64,000 bases of DNA from a bacterium (GTDB taxonomy: Bacteria; UBA8248): positions 64,001-128,000 of the forward strand of contig CBDATS010000002.1 of assembly GCA_965200245.1 (NCBI GenBank), in the 5' to 3' direction. The translations under genes and the position numbers were made by a program. A model generated the notes under the pieces. It was not told where the DNA came from and did no database searches. It saw only the letters and a list, made by a program, of their open reading frames with translations. Shown one piece after another: positions 61,200 through 64,000 of this stretch (position 1 is the stretch's first letter; each line of letters opens with the position of its first letter).

Positions 61200-63749
61200 A
61201 TGACGACCGTTCTTTCGTTTCAGGTAGTGCCCAGCATTCCTCCCGAACTCGGAGGTCTCGAAGAAATCGCCAACAACATCGCCTTCGACTGGAACCATCG
61301 CGCGCGCGCGTTGTTCGCCAAGCTGGACGAGACCCTGTGGAAGGACTGTCACTACAACCCCGTAGCGATGCTCAAGTCCGTCTCGCAGGAGAGGCTCGAC
61401 GCAGCGGCGCGCGATGCGCATTACCTCCGCGATATGGAAAGCGTACTCAAGGAACTTCACGCATACCTTCACAAGCCATCCTGGTACCAGAACCTGCCCG
61501 AGAACGAAAAAGTAGAGGAACTTCGCATCGCCTACTTCAGCATGGAGTTCGGGTTGACCGAATCCGTGCCCAACTATTCGGGCGGGCTGGGTGTCCTGGC
61601 GGGCGATCACATGAAATCCGCGAGCGATTTGGGCTTGCCCCTCATCGGCGTGGGTCTCGCCTACGGCCAGGGGTATTTTCGCCAGCACCTGGGGCCCGAC
61701 GGCTGGCAACAAGAACGCTACCCGGACAACGATTTCCATCACACGCCGTTTAGTCTCGAACGCGACGACAATGGAGAGCCCATCACGGTGGGAGTCGACT
61801 ATCCCGACGGTCACCTTACGGCGCAAGTCTGGCACGTGCAGGTGGGGCGCAGCCCCATATACCTCCTGGACTCCAACGTGCCGGGCAACGCGCCATCACT
61901 TCGCGAAATTACTCTGGCTCTCTACGGCGGTGACATGGAGACGCGCATCCGTCAGGAAATATTGCTTGGCATCGGCGGCGTGAGGCTGCTCCACAAGCTG
62001 AATCTCCCTCCCGTCGTCTGTCACATGAACGAGGGGCATTCAGCCTTCCTGGCGCTCGAGAGAATCCGTTTTTCGATGGGCAAATTCGGCATTGACGCAG
62101 GCACTGCCCGTGAATTGACCTCCGCCGGCAACGTTTTCACAACGCACACGCCAGTCCCTGCGGGTATCGACATCTTCCCGCCCGATATGATGGAGAAATA
62201 CTTCCGCTCATACGCAACATCCCTCTCAATGGAGTGGGACGACTTCCTGGGTCTGGGCCGGATGAACCCCGAACAGGGGGATGAGCCTTTCAACATGGCT
62301 GTCCTCGCGCTGCGCCTGTCCTCGGCGGCGAACGGCGTCAGCAAACTCCATGGCGATGTGTCGCGAAAAATGTGGCGTTCCATGTGGCCCGAAGCCCCCG
62401 AGCACGACGTTCCCATCGATTCCATCACGAACGGCGTCCATTTCCCCTCTTGGGTATCGCCCGATATGAAATGGTTGTTCGACAGGCATCTAGGTGGCGT
62501 CTGGATGGAGGAGACCGACAAGCCGGAGATATGGAAGAGGGTCGCCTCCATTCCCGAGAGCGAACTCTGGAGCGTTCGGGAGAAAAGCCGAGAGCAGCTC
62601 ATCACCTATTGCCGCGCGCATGCCCTCAAGCGGCCATTGGGAAGCGTTACGCGCCCTAACGTCACGATTCTTCCCAACCCCAGGGCACTGACGATCGGAT
62701 TCGCAAGACGCTTCGCCACCTACAAGCGCGCAACCCTTTTGCTCAAAAGACCGGAGCGCCTAGTCTCTCTCCTCACGAACCGGGACAAGCCTGTTCAGAT
62801 CATATTTTCAGGAAAAGCCCACCCTAAGGATATGGAGGGCAAGAGCTTCATCCGAGAACTACTTCATTTCGCCAGGAGGGAAAACGTTCGCGACAAGCTC
62901 GTGTTCGTGGAGGATTACGACATCAACGTCGCACGCCAACTCGTGCAGGGAGTGGATTTATGGCTCAACAACCCACGCCGTCCACAGGAGGCAAGCGGCA
63001 CGAGCGGCATGAAGGCCGCCGCCAATGGCGCCTTGAACCTGAGTATCATGGACGGCTGGTGGGCTGAGGGCTACGCGAGTCATCTGGGATGGGCAATCGG
63101 CGGCCTTGAGACGTACAACGACCCCGGCTACCAGGACGAGATGGAATGCGAAAGCCTCTTCAACACCCTGGAACAGGTCGTGGTTCCCCTTTTCTACGAA
63201 AGAGGCGAGGACGGCGTTCCATACCGTTGGGTAGAGATGATCAAGAACTCGCTGCAAACACTTTGCCCCTACTTCAATACGAACCGGATGGTGCGCGAAT
63301 ACGCCGAAAAATTCTATCTGCCCCTCGGAGCGCACCATGCGCGCCTCATGGCGGACGAAAGGGCACCCGCAAGATCGCTCTCCGAATGGAAAGAGCGTGT
63401 ACGCAACGCATGGCCCGGGGTGGAGATCACACAGATATCGATGCCGCAAAACGGTGTCGTCCATTTGGGAGCCAGGATGAGGGTCGAGGCGGAGGTGTCA
63501 CTCGGAGAACTCTCTCCCGAAGAGGTTCGTCTCGAGATATACGAGGGCGCCCTGAAAGACGAGAATCTGCTGTCAGGTGTAGTCGTCTCCCCCATGTTCT
63601 TCCTCGAGGACCGCGGTGGCGGCACGTATCGCTTCCACGGTGAGATCGAATGCCGAAGACCAGGCGTGCACGGCGTGTCGGTGCGCGCCGTGCCCCAACA
63701 CCCACACCTCGTTCATCCCCTGAGCCTGCATCTTTTGACCTGGGGCTAA
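61200..63749 (+). CDS. glgP: Alpha-glucan (glycogen/maltodextrin) phosphorylase
   Basis: YFSMEFG, YSGGLGVLAGD, HMNEGH, FARRFATYKR and EASGTSGMK motifs. Confidence 0.95.
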   Translation: MTTVLSFQVVPSIPPELGGLEEIANNIAFDWNHRARALFAKLDETLWKDCHYNPVAMLKSVSQERLDAAARDAHYLRDMESVLKELHAYLHKPSWYQNLPENEKVEELRIAYFSMEFGLTESVPNYSGGLGVLAGDHMKSASDLGLPLIGVGLAYGQGYFRQHLGPDGWQQERYPDNDFHHTPFSLERDDNGEPITVGVDYPDGHLTAQVWHVQVGRSPIYLLDSNVPGNAPSLREITLALYGGDMETRIRQEILLGIGGVRLLHKLNLPPVVCHMNEGHSAFLALERIRFSMGKFGIDAGTARELTSAGNVFTTHTPVPAGIDIFPPDMMEKYFRSYATSLSMEWDDFLGLGRMNPEQGDEPFNMAVLALRLSSAANGVSKLHGDVSRKMWRSMWPEAPEHDVPIDSITNGVHFPSWVSPDMKWLFDRHLGGVWMEETDKPEIWKRVASIPESELWSVREKSREQLITYCRAHALKRPLGSVTRPNVTILPNPRALTIGFARRFATYKRATLLLKRPERLVSLLTNRDKPVQIIFSGKAHPKDMEGKSFIRELLHFARRENVRDKLVFVEDYDINVARQLVQGVDLWLNNPRRPQEASGTSGMKAAANGALNLSIMDGWWAEGYASHLGWAIGGLETYNDPGYQDEMECESLFNTLEQVVVPLFYERGEDGVPYRWVEMIKNSLQTLCPYFNTNRMVREYAEKFYLPLGAHHARLMADERAPARSLSEWKERVRNAWPGVEITQISMPQNGVVHLGARMRVEAEVSLGELSPEEVRLEIYEGALKDENLLSGVVVSPMFFLEDRGGGTYRFHGEIECRRPGVHGVSVRAVPQHPHLVHPLSLHLLTWG

Positions 63750-63846
63750 GGTCTGCACGCGCCAGGGCGCGTTTCGCGTTTCTCCCCACTCCTGATAAGC
63801 TGTCCCGGACAAACGACAGGGAAGCAGGCACTAGGGAGAGTCATTC

Positions 63847-64000
63847 ATGAACGAGAACAAGCCATACATTGTTGAAATCGGCCAAGGGGGGAGAATCCAT
63901 CTGCCCAAAGACATAATGAAATCCCTGGATGCGGTACCGGGCAATCAAATTTGCTTCGAGATCAAGGGAGATTCCGTGCAAATCAAGCGGCATCAGGTGA
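63847..64000 (+). CDS. AbrB/MazE/SpoVT-like DNA-binding protein (runs off the window)
   Basis: MNENKPYIVEIGQGGRIHLPKDIMKSLDAVPGNQICFEI.. Confidence 0.6.
   Translation, partial: MNENKPYIVEIGQGGRIHLPKDIMKSLDAVPGNQICFEIKGDSVQIKRHQV

Overview
Bacterial chromosomal window, mostly high-GC, with no rRNA and no CRISPR array. It has two parts. (1) About 1.2-22 kb is a decayed accessory region. It holds remnants of phoX, hipA, DUF3500, parE, two HEPN toxins, a retropepsin-like protease, higA, parA, a solute-binding protein with a G21 tract, and IS1595 and IS1634 relics. It also has frameshifted defence-type genes (AAA ATPase + DUF3226, GmrSD) and a few intact genes (parD, MNT, dinB-like + Zn-ribbon, a divergent pyrF, an orphan NHLP RiPP precursor). 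(2) About 22-64 kb is core/catabolic: MFS, YbdK-like ligase, two TRAP systems, a SucCD-like CoA ligase, aminotransferases, a repair-type radical SAM, tRNA-Glu(CTC), hydrolases, thiD and glgP. The top finding is a sulfur-carrier cysteine operon (cysK, ubiquitin-like carrier ending GG-R, pseudo-E1, cysM, JAMM protease, E1, Rrf2). Its two ThiF/MoeB paralogs have lost complementary parts, resembling a eukaryote-style heterodimeric E1. Also notable are an AhpD/CMD-family selenoprotein (CxxU plus SECIS-like hairpin) that the ORF track splits in two, and the orphan NHLP precursor. Several frameshifts sit in short homopolymers and may be sequencing errors. All family calls come from motif recognition by eye; no database searches were run.
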